Source: an uncultured Nitrospiraceae bacterium (GTDB lineage: Bacteria > Nitrospirota > Thermodesulfovibrionia > Thermodesulfovibrionales > SM23-35). From it: DNA of 64,000 bases. Position 1 is the first letter of the stretch, and each line of letters begins with the position of its first letter. The position numbers were made by a program, and so were the translations under genes. The stretch spans positions 704,001 through 768,000 of the forward strand of contig CAVSHB010000002.1 of assembly GCA_963727775.1 (NCBI GenBank), given 5' to 3'. The notes below the pieces were generated by a model. The model was not told where the DNA came from. It saw nothing but the letters and a program-made list of their open reading frames with translations, and searched no databases. This document shows, in pieces, positions 19,258 through 29,423 of this stretch.

Positions 19258-20712
19258 ATGAATAAAATAGAAATACCAAATTCTGAAATAGAAATGAATC
19301 CTCTTTCGACATCGGATGAACTCGGGAGAGTTTTTTCCTGGAGGGGAAGAATATTCAGAGGCATTAATCCAAATCGGGAACTATTGGTAAATGAGATGTT
19401 CTCTTGCGGTATGCTTGATGAGCTTATCGAAAAAGGCTTTATCCCTAAGATCTGGATAACTGATTTCAAAACTGAGGACTATTCGATTGTGTTGGAGCAT
19501 GAGAAAGTTAACTTCGTTACTTATCCTCAGGAATGGAGCTTCTCGATGTTAAAAGATGCGACAATTCTTGTTCTAAAATTGAATAAGCTTACTAGCAAAT
19601 ATGGCTTTCAGACCAAGGACTGCCATGGTTATAACATTGTTTTTAATGGTTCAAGCCCGGTTTATGTAGATATCGGAAGTTTCGTTAGAGTCGGCAAAGA
19701 TTTAGAGAATTTTTCATATGGTTCTTCATACAATGAGTTTATGCAATTTTATTATTACCCTTTAAAAATTTGGAGTGACGGCAACTCTTATTTTGCAAAT
19801 GCAGTGATATATTACAGCAATATTTCTTTAATGGGCACGGATAGTTATTTAGCGTATAAATACGCTTTTATAAGATTCCCTGGCAAAAACCTCATTAAGA
19901 TTGTTAGGAGAATAGCGAACTTATGGGCACTTTATAAAATGGTTTTTGTAGCAGATGATAATCAAATATTAGGAAAATTGCCAACGCTTGGGAAAATAAT
20001 TATTTTCCTGAAAAAACATTATTTACTCCCATTCAATTTAACAAACTTTGAAAATCTTATAAAGAAGGTGGAAAAAATCAGCGCTCCTGAATTTGAATCA
20101 GCATGGAAAGATTACCAGAATGGATTGTGCCGAGAGAACAATGATCTTGTAGTAACGCCAAGATTCCAAAGGATAATTGACATCATTAAATGTTTCGATA
20201 TCGAAAGCATCACCGAATTGGCCGGTAATCAAGGAATTTTATCAGGTTTGATTGAACAGAATGCGAATGTCAAGAGAATTTTTTGCAGTGATTATGATCA
20301 CAATGCCGTTGAGAAAATGTATAACCGGCTGAAAAAAACCGATTCAACCATAACGCCCGGTATTCTAAATTTCGTTTATCCCCACGCTCATCTCGGTAAA
20401 ATTTCTGCTTTCGAAAGGTTCCGAGCAGATGCTGTGGTTGCTACTGCCATAACACATCATCTGCTTTTAACAGAGAAGATCAATATCGATTATATGATGG
20501 AGATTATGTCGCGATATACAAATAAGTATATCTTAATTGAATTCATGCCTTTAGGTCTTTGGGACCATGCTAAGCTCTGGGCTCCGCCGGTTCCTGATTG
20601 GTATAATGAAGAGACTTTCAAAAAATATTTTGAAAAATATTTCAGCGTCGCTTTGAAAGAACAATTGGAAAGTAATCGACTTTTGTTTGTAGGCATAAAA
20701 AAGAGAGCATGA
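19258..20712 (+). CDS. NoeA-like protein (kinase-like N-terminus, SAM-methyltransferase-like C-terminus)
   Basis: YPQEWSFSMLKDA, KDCHGYNI, YVDIGSF, ELAGNQG, AITHHLL motifs; AT-rich. Confidence 0.6.
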   Translation: MNKIEIPNSEIEMNPLSTSDELGRVFSWRGRIFRGINPNRELLVNEMFSCGMLDELIEKGFIPKIWITDFKTEDYSIVLEHEKVNFVTYPQEWSFSMLKDATILVLKLNKLTSKYGFQTKDCHGYNIVFNGSSPVYVDIGSFVRVGKDLENFSYGSSYNEFMQFYYYPLKIWSDGNSYFANAVIYYSNISLMGTDSYLAYKYAFIRFPGKNLIKIVRRIANLWALYKMVFVADDNQILGKLPTLGKIIIFLKKHYLLPFNLTNFENLIKKVEKISAPEFESAWKDYQNGLCRENNDLVVTPRFQRIIDIIKCFDIESITELAGNQGILSGLIEQNANVKRIFCSDYDHNAVEKMYNRLKKTDSTITPGILNFVYPHAHLGKISAFERFRADAVVATAITHHLLLTEKINIDYMMEIMSRYTNKYILIEFMPLGLWDHAKLWAPPVPDWYNEETFKKYFEKYFSVALKEQLESNRLLFVGIKKRA

Positions 20713-20820
20713 ATAGTTGTTACAATAGCTTAATAAGATTGAAGGGGTTGACAGGGAAGTTTTCACATAAACCACATGAAGGAGATTTTACAGGCCCTCG
20801 GCGCGGGCTGAGTGCAAGCC

Positions 20821-21288
20821 TTACTCGATAACCCAGACGGCGCAGTCCTTTGCGGTATGGAGGATCTTGTTTGAGGTGCTTCCGAAAAGGAATTCCTCTT
20901 TTTTCGAAATGCCCCGGCGACCGATGACCACGGTGCCGCAGGCGAATTTCTCCTGCTCATGGAGAATACATCCCGCTATCGAGGTGCACTCTTTCATCAC
21001 GACATGCGTCTTTATGTTTTCATCCCTGAATCCTGCTTCCATGAGCAATCTGCGGTATCCTTCGAGAATGCCCCTGGCCGAGTCATTCTTGTCTTTAATC
21101 CATACGGTCCGCTCGTTTTCAGACAGAAAATAATCTTCCGACGGTTCGGGGATGATCGTGACGAGAGTGATATGAAAGCCTGAATGACCGGTGAGAAGGT
21201 CCCTGACATACGACACTGCCCGAGATGTATTCTCGGATTCGTCGACCGCGATAAGGATATTTTTGTTATTTGTTATCTTTGGATCCAT
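20821..21288 (-). CDS. Universal stress protein
   Basis: ILIAVDES..., VIGRRG...FGSTSNKILH. Confidence 0.9.
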   Translation of the reverse strand: MDPKITNNKNILIAVDESENTSRAVSYVRDLLTGHSGFHITLVTIIPEPSEDYFLSENERTVWIKDKNDSARGILEGYRRLLMEAGFRDENIKTHVVMKECTSIAGCILHEQEKFACGTVVIGRRGISKKEEFLFGSTSNKILHTAKDCAVWVIE

Positions 21289-21308
21289 AAATTCACCCCT
21301 CGTTTTGG

Positions 21309-22307
21309 TTAAGCATTTTTAAGCTTGCACCTCATTGCCCGCAGATCATGAAGAAACTGGTCCGTATTGTCATAGAATATATTGGCGGTCACGGAGAAAT
21401 GGAGAAGGACATGATTGAGTTCATCGGGCACATAGGGATACACTTTCTGCAGGTTTATTACCCTATTGTTGAAAATAATATTCATGTCGCACGTCGCTAA
21501 CCGGTCAAGCGCGGGAGAGTTTGATTGCTGCAGCTGCTGGGTCGTGACGTCCCCGCGTCCTGTAAGGTATGCAAGGATATTCCCCAGGCCGAAAAGGTCA
21601 TAACCGAACATATTTTCCCCGTGCATGTAATTAAAGTCGAAATCAATCCAGCGGCTGTTTCCCGTTCCATCTTCTTTTATGATATGGTCCCGCCTGACAT
21701 CCCCATGTTTTTCCCCCTGTTGATGGAGAAAACGTATTGCTTCCACCAATTCAATGTATTCATCGAAAACCGAAGGGAAATAATTATAAAAATAATCTTC
21801 ATGGTTTGTGCCGAGTGTCAGTACAGCGTCAGCTAATGTCTTCCCCTTAATGTAGTCGACAATCCTTATAACATTGCCCGCAAAGTCTTTCAAAGAAAAC
21901 CCCTGCATAAAGCGGGGATGCTCCTTTGTGAGATCGAGGATTCTTGCCTCTTTTTTCGCGCTCCGGAAACAGTCGAAAACGATCCCTCCTACCGTGGCCT
22001 GAAAGCGCTCATGGAAGACGAGTTTGATAATCTTGACACTGCCGTCGGAAAGGTCCCGCGCGCGTTTGACCCAGTACTTCTGCTGCTCATCGATCCCGAA
22101 ACGGCCTTCACGCTCATTGTTTCGCACCAGATAAGGTTTGCCGCCGAGAATGACAACATCATCATAATCAACCCTGAAGAAATCCGTTGTGTCTGTTATG
22201 ACGTTCAACTGTTTCGGCACCCGGTCGGGACCGAGCCAGCGCGCGATCTTCTCCTTCAGTTCATCGCGGCTGAAATGTACGGCTTCTGTTTGAACCATTC
22301 CCTGCAT
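21309..22307 (-). CDS. Protein kinase-like protein
   Basis: GRFG, KIIK, HGDVRRDH, IDFD, DLFGLG resemble kinase subdomains. Confidence 0.65.
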   Translation of the reverse strand: MQGMVQTEAVHFSRDELKEKIARWLGPDRVPKQLNVITDTTDFFRVDYDDVVILGGKPYLVRNNEREGRFGIDEQQKYWVKRARDLSDGSVKIIKLVFHERFQATVGGIVFDCFRSAKKEARILDLTKEHPRFMQGFSLKDFAGNVIRIVDYIKGKTLADAVLTLGTNHEDYFYNYFPSVFDEYIELVEAIRFLHQQGEKHGDVRRDHIIKEDGTGNSRWIDFDFNYMHGENMFGYDLFGLGNILAYLTGRGDVTTQQLQQSNSPALDRLATCDMNIIFNNRVINLQKVYPYVPDELNHVLLHFSVTANIFYDNTDQFLHDLRAMRCKLKNA

Positions 22308-22351
22308 AATACCTTTCTTTTACCACATTACTTATGATCTTATCAATATAA

Positions 22352-23524
22352 TCAACTTTCCTGTATATCTAAGTATTTACTCTTCCTGCTGCCCTCGTAC
22401 AAAACATATTCAAGGAGCCTGCATTCTATCGCGCTGTTAAAAAATTGGATCCTTCTTTTTGCCCTTAACCCCACTTTCTTAGCCAGGCCGGGGTTTCCCG
22501 TGAAGATATACCCGGTATATCCCATGCACTTCTGCTTGAAGAAATCGCCGATCCACTTATACAAACTCTCAAGCTCTGTTATCTTACCCATTCGCTCTCC
22601 GTATTCGGGGTTAAGTATTACTGTCCCACCGCCGTCTGGAATTGCAGTTTCTGAAAAATCACAAATGCCGAATTCGATCAGATGCTCAACACCGGCGGTA
22701 GCGGCATTCTTCCTTGCAGCCTCAACCGCCATCGTCCTGATATCTGTAGCGATGATCTTAAAATCCAATGTTTTTCTTGCCTCTGTTTTTGCCTTTGCAC
22801 GCAGATCGTCCCACAGTGATTTATTAAACCCCTTTATGTGCATGAACCCGTAATTATTTCGTAAAAGACCGGGCGGCTTATTAAGAGCAATTAATGCCGC
22901 TTCAATGGCAAGGGTCCCGCTCCCGCACATCGGATTGATGAAATGTCCGCTGCCGTTCCATCCGGACGCCATGATAACTGCGGCGGCAAGCGTCTCCTGC
23001 ATCGGCGCTGTCATGGGTATCTTTCTGTATCCGCGCCTGGAGAGGGGTTCGCCGGATGTATCGAAATACAGGGAGCAATTATCTCCTTTCCAGTACAGGT
23101 TTATTACGGTCCTGTCTTGATCGGGACCGGAATCAGGGCGCTGCCCGCGCTTTTCCTTGATCCTGTCGACAACGGCATCCTTGACCTTTACATTCGCATA
23201 GCGTGAGTCCCTGATACCCGGATTATCCACACTCGATGTTACACAGATATACCCGTCCTCGGCTATATAATCCTCCCACGCTATCTTAGACACCTCCCTA
23301 TAGAGGGCTTCAGCGTCACCCGCAGTGAATTCCTTAATGAGAAAAAGGACGCGCTGTCCAGTCCGGAGAAGAAGATTAAGACGGAGAGTGTCGTTCATCG
23401 TCCCCCCGGTTGCAATGCCCGCAACGGTTTCATCGAGCACGGGAAATCCCAGTAGAAGGAGCTCTTCCTTTAAAAAAGGCGCTATCCCCTTTGCGCAAGT
23501 GATCAGAATCCTGCTTTTCCCCAT
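22352..23524 (-). CDS. THUMP-domain RNA methyltransferase (RlmL-like)
   Basis: THUMP region, LSRRGYR, APMQETLAAA, PMCGSGT, NPEYG. Confidence 0.88.
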   Translation of the reverse strand: MGKSRILITCAKGIAPFLKEELLLLGFPVLDETVAGIATGGTMNDTLRLNLLLRTGQRVLFLIKEFTAGDAEALYREVSKIAWEDYIAEDGYICVTSSVDNPGIRDSRYANVKVKDAVVDRIKEKRGQRPDSGPDQDRTVINLYWKGDNCSLYFDTSGEPLSRRGYRKIPMTAPMQETLAAAVIMASGWNGSGHFINPMCGSGTLAIEAALIALNKPPGLLRNNYGFMHIKGFNKSLWDDLRAKAKTEARKTLDFKIIATDIRTMAVEAARKNAATAGVEHLIEFGICDFSETAIPDGGGTVILNPEYGERMGKITELESLYKWIGDFFKQKCMGYTGYIFTGNPGLAKKVGLRAKRRIQFFNSAIECRLLEYVLYEGSRKSKYLDIQES

Positions 23525-23526
23525 GC

Positions 23527-23730
23527 CTATTTTCTTTTTTTGTACGATATATCTTTCCGGGCTGAGACAGTGATGATGAAATTCTCCGGCCGCAGGGCAG
23601 GGTCTTTCTCAAGCTCATCAGCAAAGATGTCGATTGCCTTTCGCATAAAGTCCGAGAAGTGTATGCCCTTCGGCAATGCAAGAATTCTCTGGCGTGTATT
23701 TTCGTCAAGCGGCACAGTATATTTTGCCAT
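23527..23730 (-). CDS. Small hypothetical protein, possible ribbon-helix-helix
   Basis: AGGAG RBS; MAKYTVPL...FSDFMRKAI pattern; 2-bp gap to next gene. Confidence 0.55.
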   Translation of the reverse strand: MAKYTVPLDENTRQRILALPKGIHFSDFMRKAIDIFADELEKDPALRPENFIITVSARKDISYKKRK

Positions 23731-23757
23731 CGCTACTCCTTAATGGGATTATTTCTG

Positions 23758-24567
23758 TTATCGTAAGACCAATGAAATTGCTCCGGTACTGCATGTGCCG
23801 CGGCACAATCCACAGCCAAAGCATTTGTGCGGATCAATGCGCGCAATCGAATTGCCGCTTTCCGTGACGCTGCGGATGGCGCTGAATTGGCAGGCTGCGT
23901 CACATAGTCCGCATCCGGTACATAATTCTTCATCGATCCTGCCCACATATTCAGCCCTTGCCATGGTCTCGACATGCACCCGGGTGAGAGTCCGCATGGC
24001 AAGACATTCGTCCGAAGAACAATTGCAGATCGCGCCTATAAAAGGTGTCATCATGGTCCAGATGGTATGGACGGCCCCCTGTTCTTCCATCTTTGCCATC
24101 TGTTTTATTGCTTCTTCCCGGCCTATGGATTCGAGGCCTTCATCCGAAGCTTTGCCGAAATAACTCATATCTATGTTTCTATACCAGGCTTCCGGGCCGT
24201 AGCTGATTGCATAACAGCAGCGCACCTCTTTTTTCTCGGTATTCCAGCGGCAGGCACACGGCATGCGGACAACGGTACTTGCATTCCTCACCAAATCGCT
24301 TATCTCTTCGATCGGCAGCACCTGGCCGAAATGCTCTTCCTTGGCTTTCTTTACCATCGCAATTCTTACGGCATTCGGGATGCGGCCTTTTTTCCTGAAG
24401 ATGGCTTCAAGTCTTCCCAAAGTCCGGAATCCTTCCCCGAAGGCGGAAGACAAAAAGTTTTCGATATAGTTGCGGCGTTTTAAATCGGACAGCAGATCAT
24501 TGGCATAATTAGCGGCATTCTTATACCATTTCTTTCCTTCTCCGTGTTTTGTGCAGAATTCACACAT
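23758..24567 (-). CDS. 4Fe-4S ferredoxin-domain protein
   Basis: Start MCEFC; CACR, ICNC, two CxxCxxCxxxC motifs. Confidence 0.85.
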   Translation of the reverse strand: MCEFCTKHGEGKKWYKNAANYANDLLSDLKRRNYIENFLSSAFGEGFRTLGRLEAIFRKKGRIPNAVRIAMVKKAKEEHFGQVLPIEEISDLVRNASTVVRMPCACRWNTEKKEVRCCYAISYGPEAWYRNIDMSYFGKASDEGLESIGREEAIKQMAKMEEQGAVHTIWTMMTPFIGAICNCSSDECLAMRTLTRVHVETMARAEYVGRIDEELCTGCGLCDAACQFSAIRSVTESGNSIARIDPHKCFGCGLCRGTCSTGAISLVLR

Positions 24568-24660
24568 CAGTTCTATTTTACGATTTCCGGCAAAAGCTCT
24601 GCAATCAACCACAAATTTCGGTAGTGTCTCAGTTGAATTTCGGAAAGATGCAACTCGGTA

Positions 24661-24876
24661 TTAGGGTCTTAAATTTGTGAAGGTACGATCTATAACGGCA
24701 TAAGCATTCATAATTAGAGAGCCAGAGTAATAATGATGTGTGTCGGAGCCGCGCGCTTTATCAATGGTCGAAAGTTTTCTGCATTGGAAAAGGATCTTAT
24801 CTCCCGAAATGGCACACCCAGGATCTCTATAGATTTTGTGTCCTTTCTTTTTTATTGAGTCAGTCTTTTTAGCCAA
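24661..24876 (-). CDS. Small hypothetical protein (possibly truncated)
   Basis: Overlaps stop of upstream gene; GAGG RBS-like; TTG start. Confidence 0.35.
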   Translation of the reverse strand: MAKKTDSIKKKGHKIYRDPGCAISGDKILFQCRKLSTIDKARGSDTHHYYSGSLIMNAYAVIDRTFTNLRP

Positions 24877-25309
24877 TTAACCCCTCATGTTCCAATTCAG
24901 AGCAAAGTTCCACAATTAATTTTAGGTCTAATTTGAGATCTCTCACAAGGTCGCTGTATCCAATAGAGTCGCCATGATGTGATTTAAAATATTTCTTAAT
25001 TTCACGTTTTGCGTCGTCCTTTGTTATATCGCGAAAAACTATTAATTCCTCTCGTTGAAGAGGCGTTAAATTTTTCATTTCTAAGGCTATAACCTGTAAC
25101 TGTTCCTTTATTTCTTTTAATAATGATATTGCTTCTCTACTGTCCCCTTTTTCGCTCAAGGCTCTTTTAACCGATTCGTCTATCATCATGCGCAGAGAAG
25201 GATCATTTATTGGGACATGATCTTCTGCCATCCAAGCAAGAACTCCTCGTGTTTTGCGTATTCCGAGCGTTCCTTTCAGTTGCGGCACATATCCGACAAT
25301 TTCGCTCAT
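24869..25309 (-). CDS. Hypothetical protein with probable C-terminal winged helix
   Basis: EIKKYFKSH..IGYSDLVRDLKLDLKLIVELCSELEHEGLI. Confidence 0.65.
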   Translation of the reverse strand: MSEIVGYVPQLKGTLGIRKTRGVLAWMAEDHVPINDPSLRMMIDESVKRALSEKGDSREAISLLKEIKEQLQVIALEMKNLTPLQREELIVFRDITKDDAKREIKKYFKSHHGDSIGYSDLVRDLKLDLKLIVELCSELEHEGLIG

Positions 25310-25935
25310 TCGAGTCCCCGTTTGGAAATGCTTACAGCTTCATCGAGAATTAACTGCGGCAAGTCTTCCGACACATTGCCAGCATAGGAAAAATAAACAG
25401 TGTGGAAAATAGATTTATTAGAGGGACGATCAATTGTTAAAGTATATAAATTCTTTCCATCAGCTAACTTTACCAATCTTACTCCTCGTACCTCATCAAA
25501 ATCATCTTGGGCCAGCTTAATTGGCAAAAGCATACGGCTTTTAAATTTTCCTCCAGCATATCTGAAGTTTGCAGTAACTTCAAAGGTCATCTTATTTGGT
25601 AGAGCTGTAAGACATTTCAGCATATCATCTACTGGCAATAATTTAGAATCGCCAGAAAGTTTTGCGAGAATGTGATCCGTATAATAAAAATAGACTTGGC
25701 ATTCCTTAGCATTAATCTTTTCTACAAGTGCACGAGCACTACATTTCTCTTTTTTTACCACATAATCGCTACCGAACTCGACAAAGTCATTGGTCTTTAC
25801 TATCTTTTGTTTTGGATAGCATTGTTTTAAGGCAGATAATATTGGCTTACTTATTGGCAGAGTCCCGTTTATTTCAAGACTTGTGGCATTATATTTCGAT
25901 AAATTAATTTCCATAATAGACAGAACCCGCGCCAA
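25306..25935 (-). CDS. Hypothetical protein (AT-rich)
   Basis: 209-aa ORF, ATGA overlap with next gene; start uncertain. Confidence 0.65.
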   Translation of the reverse strand: MARVLSIMEINLSKYNATSLEINGTLPISKPILSALKQCYPKQKIVKTNDFVEFGSDYVVKKEKCSARALVEKINAKECQVYFYYTDHILAKLSGDSKLLPVDDMLKCLTALPNKMTFEVTANFRYAGGKFKSRMLLPIKLAQDDFDEVRGVRLVKLADGKNLYTLTIDRPSNKSIFHTVYFSYAGNVSEDLPQLILDEAVSISKRGLE

Positions 25936-26035
25936 ACCTTTGCATCAAGTGCCTGATCATATTATATTATATTATTAGAATTCTGCAAGGGTAATCTGTC
26001 GCGAATCTTCAAGGTTTTTACAACCATATGCGCGC

Positions 26036-27721
26036 TCACCCCCTGGTTAAGTGTCTGTACTTGATGCGGTGCGGCTGGTCTGCTGCTGCGCCGAGACGGA
26101 TTTTCCTATCCATTTCGTATTCGGAATAATTTCCGTCGAACCAAACTACTTTGCTGTCTCCCTCGAAGGCGAGCATGTGAGTAGCGATACGGTCGAGGAA
26201 CCACCGGTCATGGCTTATGACAACGGCGCAGCCCGCGAAATTCTCCAAGGCCTCTTCCAGCGCACGCATGGTGTTTACATCCAGATCGTTGGTAGGTTCG
26301 TCGAGCAGAAGGACATTGGCCTCTTCCTTCAGCATGCGGGCGAGGTGCACGCGGTTCCTTTCTCCGCCGGAAAGCATGGAAACTTTTTTCTGCTGGTCGG
26401 ACCCCGAGAAATTAAAGCGCGCAACATATGCACGCGAGTTGAGCTGCTTCTTGCCGAGTTGAATGGAATCATTCCCGCCGGAGATGATCTCCCATATGGT
26501 TTTGTTCGGGTCAAGCACATCGCGGCTTTGATCGACATATGCAAGCTTTACGGTCTCTCCTGTCCTGAAGTCGCCTGAATCGGGCTTTTCCTGTCCGGTG
26601 ATCATCCGGAAAAGGGTCGTCTTCCCCGCCCCGTTCGGTCCGATGACGCCTATAATTCCACCGGGAGGAAGGGAGAATGTCATCCCTTCCATAAGGATAT
26701 TATCGCCGTACGCCTTACTCACGTTATCGGCTTCAATGACGACATTGCCCAAACGGGGTCCGGGGGGGATATAGATTTCAAACTCTTTTGAGCTTTTTTC
26801 AATATCCTGACCGAGCAAAGCCTCGTAAGAATTGATGCGCGCTTTTGCTTTTGCGTGGCGTCCCTTGGGAGACATCTGTATCCACTCAAGCTCCCGCTGA
26901 AGTGTCTTCTGCCTGTCGCTTTCTGTCTTCTCTTCCTGCTGCAGCCGGTTTTTCTTCTGCTCCAGCCAGGAAGAGTAATTACCTTTCCATGGAATTCCCT
27001 GACCCCTGTCAAGCTCCAGGATCCACCCGGCGACATTATCAAGGAAATAGCGGTCATGCGTCACTGCAATGACTGTTCCGGCATAGCTCTGCAGATGGTG
27101 TTCAAGCCAGGCCACTGTCTCGGCATCAAGATGGTTGGTAGGTTCGTCGAGGAGCAGGATGTCCGGCTTCTGTAAGAGAAGCCTGCAAAGGGCAACACGG
27201 CGCTTCTCCCCTCCGGAGAGGACCTTAACCGGGGTATCCGCAGCCGGACAGCGCAGGGCATCCATTGCCATTTCCAGACGCGAATCCAACTCCCATGCAT
27301 CCAGAGCGTCCAGCTTTTCCTGCACCTTGCCCTGACGTTCGATAAGCTTGTTCATCTCATCGTCCGACATCGGTTCTGTAAATTTTTCATTGATAAGGTT
27401 GTATTCGTGCAAAGCATCAACTGTTTCTTTTACCCCTTCTTCAACAATCTGCCTCACTGTTTTGCTGTTGTCCAGTTCCGGCTCCTGCTCGAGAAAACCC
27501 ACGGTGTGACCAGGGGAGAGTACTGTTTCGCCATTGAACTCTTTGTCCTTTCCCGCGAGGATATGGAGGAGGGAGCTTTTCCCGGACCCATTGAGACCGA
27601 TGACGCCAATCTTCGCGCCGTAAAAATAGGAGAGATAGATGTCTTTCAAAACCGGCTTCTTATCATAATATTTGCTTACCCCTATCATGGAGTAAATAAC
27701 CTTATTCGGTTCATTGCTCAT
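26036..27721 (-). CDS. ettA: Energy-dependent translational throttle ABC-F ATPase
   Basis: Two ABC domains, GAKIGVIGLNGSGKS, GNYSSWLEQK linker. Confidence 0.95.
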   Translation of the reverse strand: MSNEPNKVIYSMIGVSKYYDKKPVLKDIYLSYFYGAKIGVIGLNGSGKSSLLHILAGKDKEFNGETVLSPGHTVGFLEQEPELDNSKTVRQIVEEGVKETVDALHEYNLINEKFTEPMSDDEMNKLIERQGKVQEKLDALDAWELDSRLEMAMDALRCPAADTPVKVLSGGEKRRVALCRLLLQKPDILLLDEPTNHLDAETVAWLEHHLQSYAGTVIAVTHDRYFLDNVAGWILELDRGQGIPWKGNYSSWLEQKKNRLQQEEKTESDRQKTLQRELEWIQMSPKGRHAKAKARINSYEALLGQDIEKSSKEFEIYIPPGPRLGNVVIEADNVSKAYGDNILMEGMTFSLPPGGIIGVIGPNGAGKTTLFRMITGQEKPDSGDFRTGETVKLAYVDQSRDVLDPNKTIWEIISGGNDSIQLGKKQLNSRAYVARFNFSGSDQQKKVSMLSGGERNRVHLARMLKEEANVLLLDEPTNDLDVNTMRALEEALENFAGCAVVISHDRWFLDRIATHMLAFEGDSKVVWFDGNYSEYEMDRKIRLGAAADQPHRIKYRHLTRG

Positions 27722-27831
27722 TTTATTTCAAATCCTTTCTTTATTGTCCGCTGATATAATGTCGGTCGGCAGCGCATTACCTTCGCCCCTATAATAGTTA
27801 AGTTAACGGGAAATATATGACTTGACTGCTT

Positions 27832-28773
27832 CTAAAAAATAAGATTCTTTGTCCTCAGGATTTCCTTTGTATGTTCGATATCGTCTTTGATCTGTTTCCC
27901 GAGGCTGTCCGCATCCGGGAATGTGCGTTCCCCCCTTATCCTGTCTATGAAATATATCCTTATGTTTTCGCCCAAAAGATCACCTGAAAAATCGAACAGA
28001 TGCACTTCATAGCTCACAGCCTGATTGCCGAAGGTCGGGTTCTTGCCGATATTGGCGACTCCATCATAGATAGTCTCCCTAATTCCTACCCTAACGGCAT
28101 ACACGCCTTCCTTCGGAGCGATTTCAACGGGGGTTGTAATATTTGCCGTCGGGATATGCAAAATGCTTTGGCCTCTGCCTTTGCCTTTTATCACACTCCC
28201 CTCTATTGAGTACGCCCTTCCGAGGAAGTATGACGCCTCATGCACAGAGCCTTTTATAAGAAGGCTCCTGACCGTGCTGCTGCTGACGACATGGCCGTGG
28301 ACCTCGGCATTCCCGACCGCTTTGACCCCGAAGCCGTACTTTTCCCCGCGTCTTCTCAGTAGGTCGATCGAGCCCTTCTTGTTTTTTCCAAAGGCGTAAT
28401 TGACGCCGACGATTATATCCTTTACCTTCAGTTTTTCCACGAGTATCTTCTCTATAAAATCCTCGGGGAGCATGCCTGAAAAATCTTTCGTAAAGTTCAC
28501 ACAGAGTAAAACGTCGATCCCCATTGCTTCTATCAGTCTTGCCCTTTCATCGGATGTTGTGAGCAGTTTAAGATTTCTTTCCGGTGCGAGCACTTTCATA
28601 GGGTGTGGCTCAAACGTCATGACCATTGAAGTGCCGTTGATCTCTCCGGCCTTCTTCAGCACCAGCGAGAGTATTTTTTGGTGCCCGAGATGCACTCCGT
28701 CATAATTGCCTATTGTGAGGACCGTCTTGGGATAATTAGTTTTTAAGGATTCGAGACCTCTGATTATTTCCAT
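27832..28773 (-). CDS. ribF: Bifunctional riboflavin kinase/FAD synthetase
   Basis: GNYDGVHLGHQ, PTAN, EVH motifs. Confidence 0.95.
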   Translation of the reverse strand: MEIIRGLESLKTNYPKTVLTIGNYDGVHLGHQKILSLVLKKAGEINGTSMVMTFEPHPMKVLAPERNLKLLTTSDERARLIEAMGIDVLLCVNFTKDFSGMLPEDFIEKILVEKLKVKDIIVGVNYAFGKNKKGSIDLLRRRGEKYGFGVKAVGNAEVHGHVVSSSTVRSLLIKGSVHEASYFLGRAYSIEGSVIKGKGRGQSILHIPTANITTPVEIAPKEGVYAVRVGIRETIYDGVANIGKNPTFGNQAVSYEVHLFDFSGDLLGENIRIYFIDRIRGERTFPDADSLGKQIKDDIEHTKEILRTKNLIF

Positions 28774-29363
28774 GTCCTGCCTCTATAAAGTTCGCCGTAT
28801 ATTTTTTCTGCCTGTGCCTGTGTCTCTTCAATCGTGCCGTTATTATCTATTGCAAAATCGGACCGTTTGATTTTCTCCTTAACCGGGATTTGGGACCTGA
28901 GCCTCAAGGTTGCTTCTTCCCTGCCGACCCCCACCTTCGACAGGCGGTTGAGCGCCGTTTCCTCTGTCGTATATATAGTAATAGTCCTGTCAAACCTGTC
29001 CTCATATCCGCGTTCATAAATCAGGGGTATCTCGACTATTATAATCTTTTCCTTGCCGCTCAGTTTTTTTAATAAAAGATTTATCCTGCCGAAAACGAGC
29101 GGATGGATTATGTCTTCAAGTGCGTGTCTCAGTGCATCGTTTTTGAAAACTATGTCTGCGACCAGCTTTTTGTTTAAGCTACCGTTTTCATATAATACAC
29201 CATCGCCGAGAAGTCCTTTTATCTTATCGAGTACGTCCTTTTCGGTAACCAACGAAGCGACAATCTTATCCGCATCAAGGACCGATGCGCCAAGCTTTTC
29301 GAACATTGAAAGCACGGCGCTTTTACCCATCCCGTAATTACCTGTTAAACCGACCAAAAGCAT
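28764..29363 (-). CDS. coaE: Dephospho-CoA kinase
   Basis: GLTGNYGMGKS, DADKI, IIHP, EIPL. Confidence 0.93.
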   Translation of the reverse strand: MLLVGLTGNYGMGKSAVLSMFEKLGASVLDADKIVASLVTEKDVLDKIKGLLGDGVLYENGSLNKKLVADIVFKNDALRHALEDIIHPLVFGRINLLLKKLSGKEKIIIVEIPLIYERGYEDRFDRTITIYTTEETALNRLSKVGVGREEATLRLRSQIPVKEKIKRSDFAIDNNGTIEETQAQAEKIYGELYRGRTWK

Positions 29364-29423
29364 AAGCAGTATTATAACAATTTGTTCCCGCCAATATTTT
29401 TGGCGCGGAAAGGGGGTGCTATA

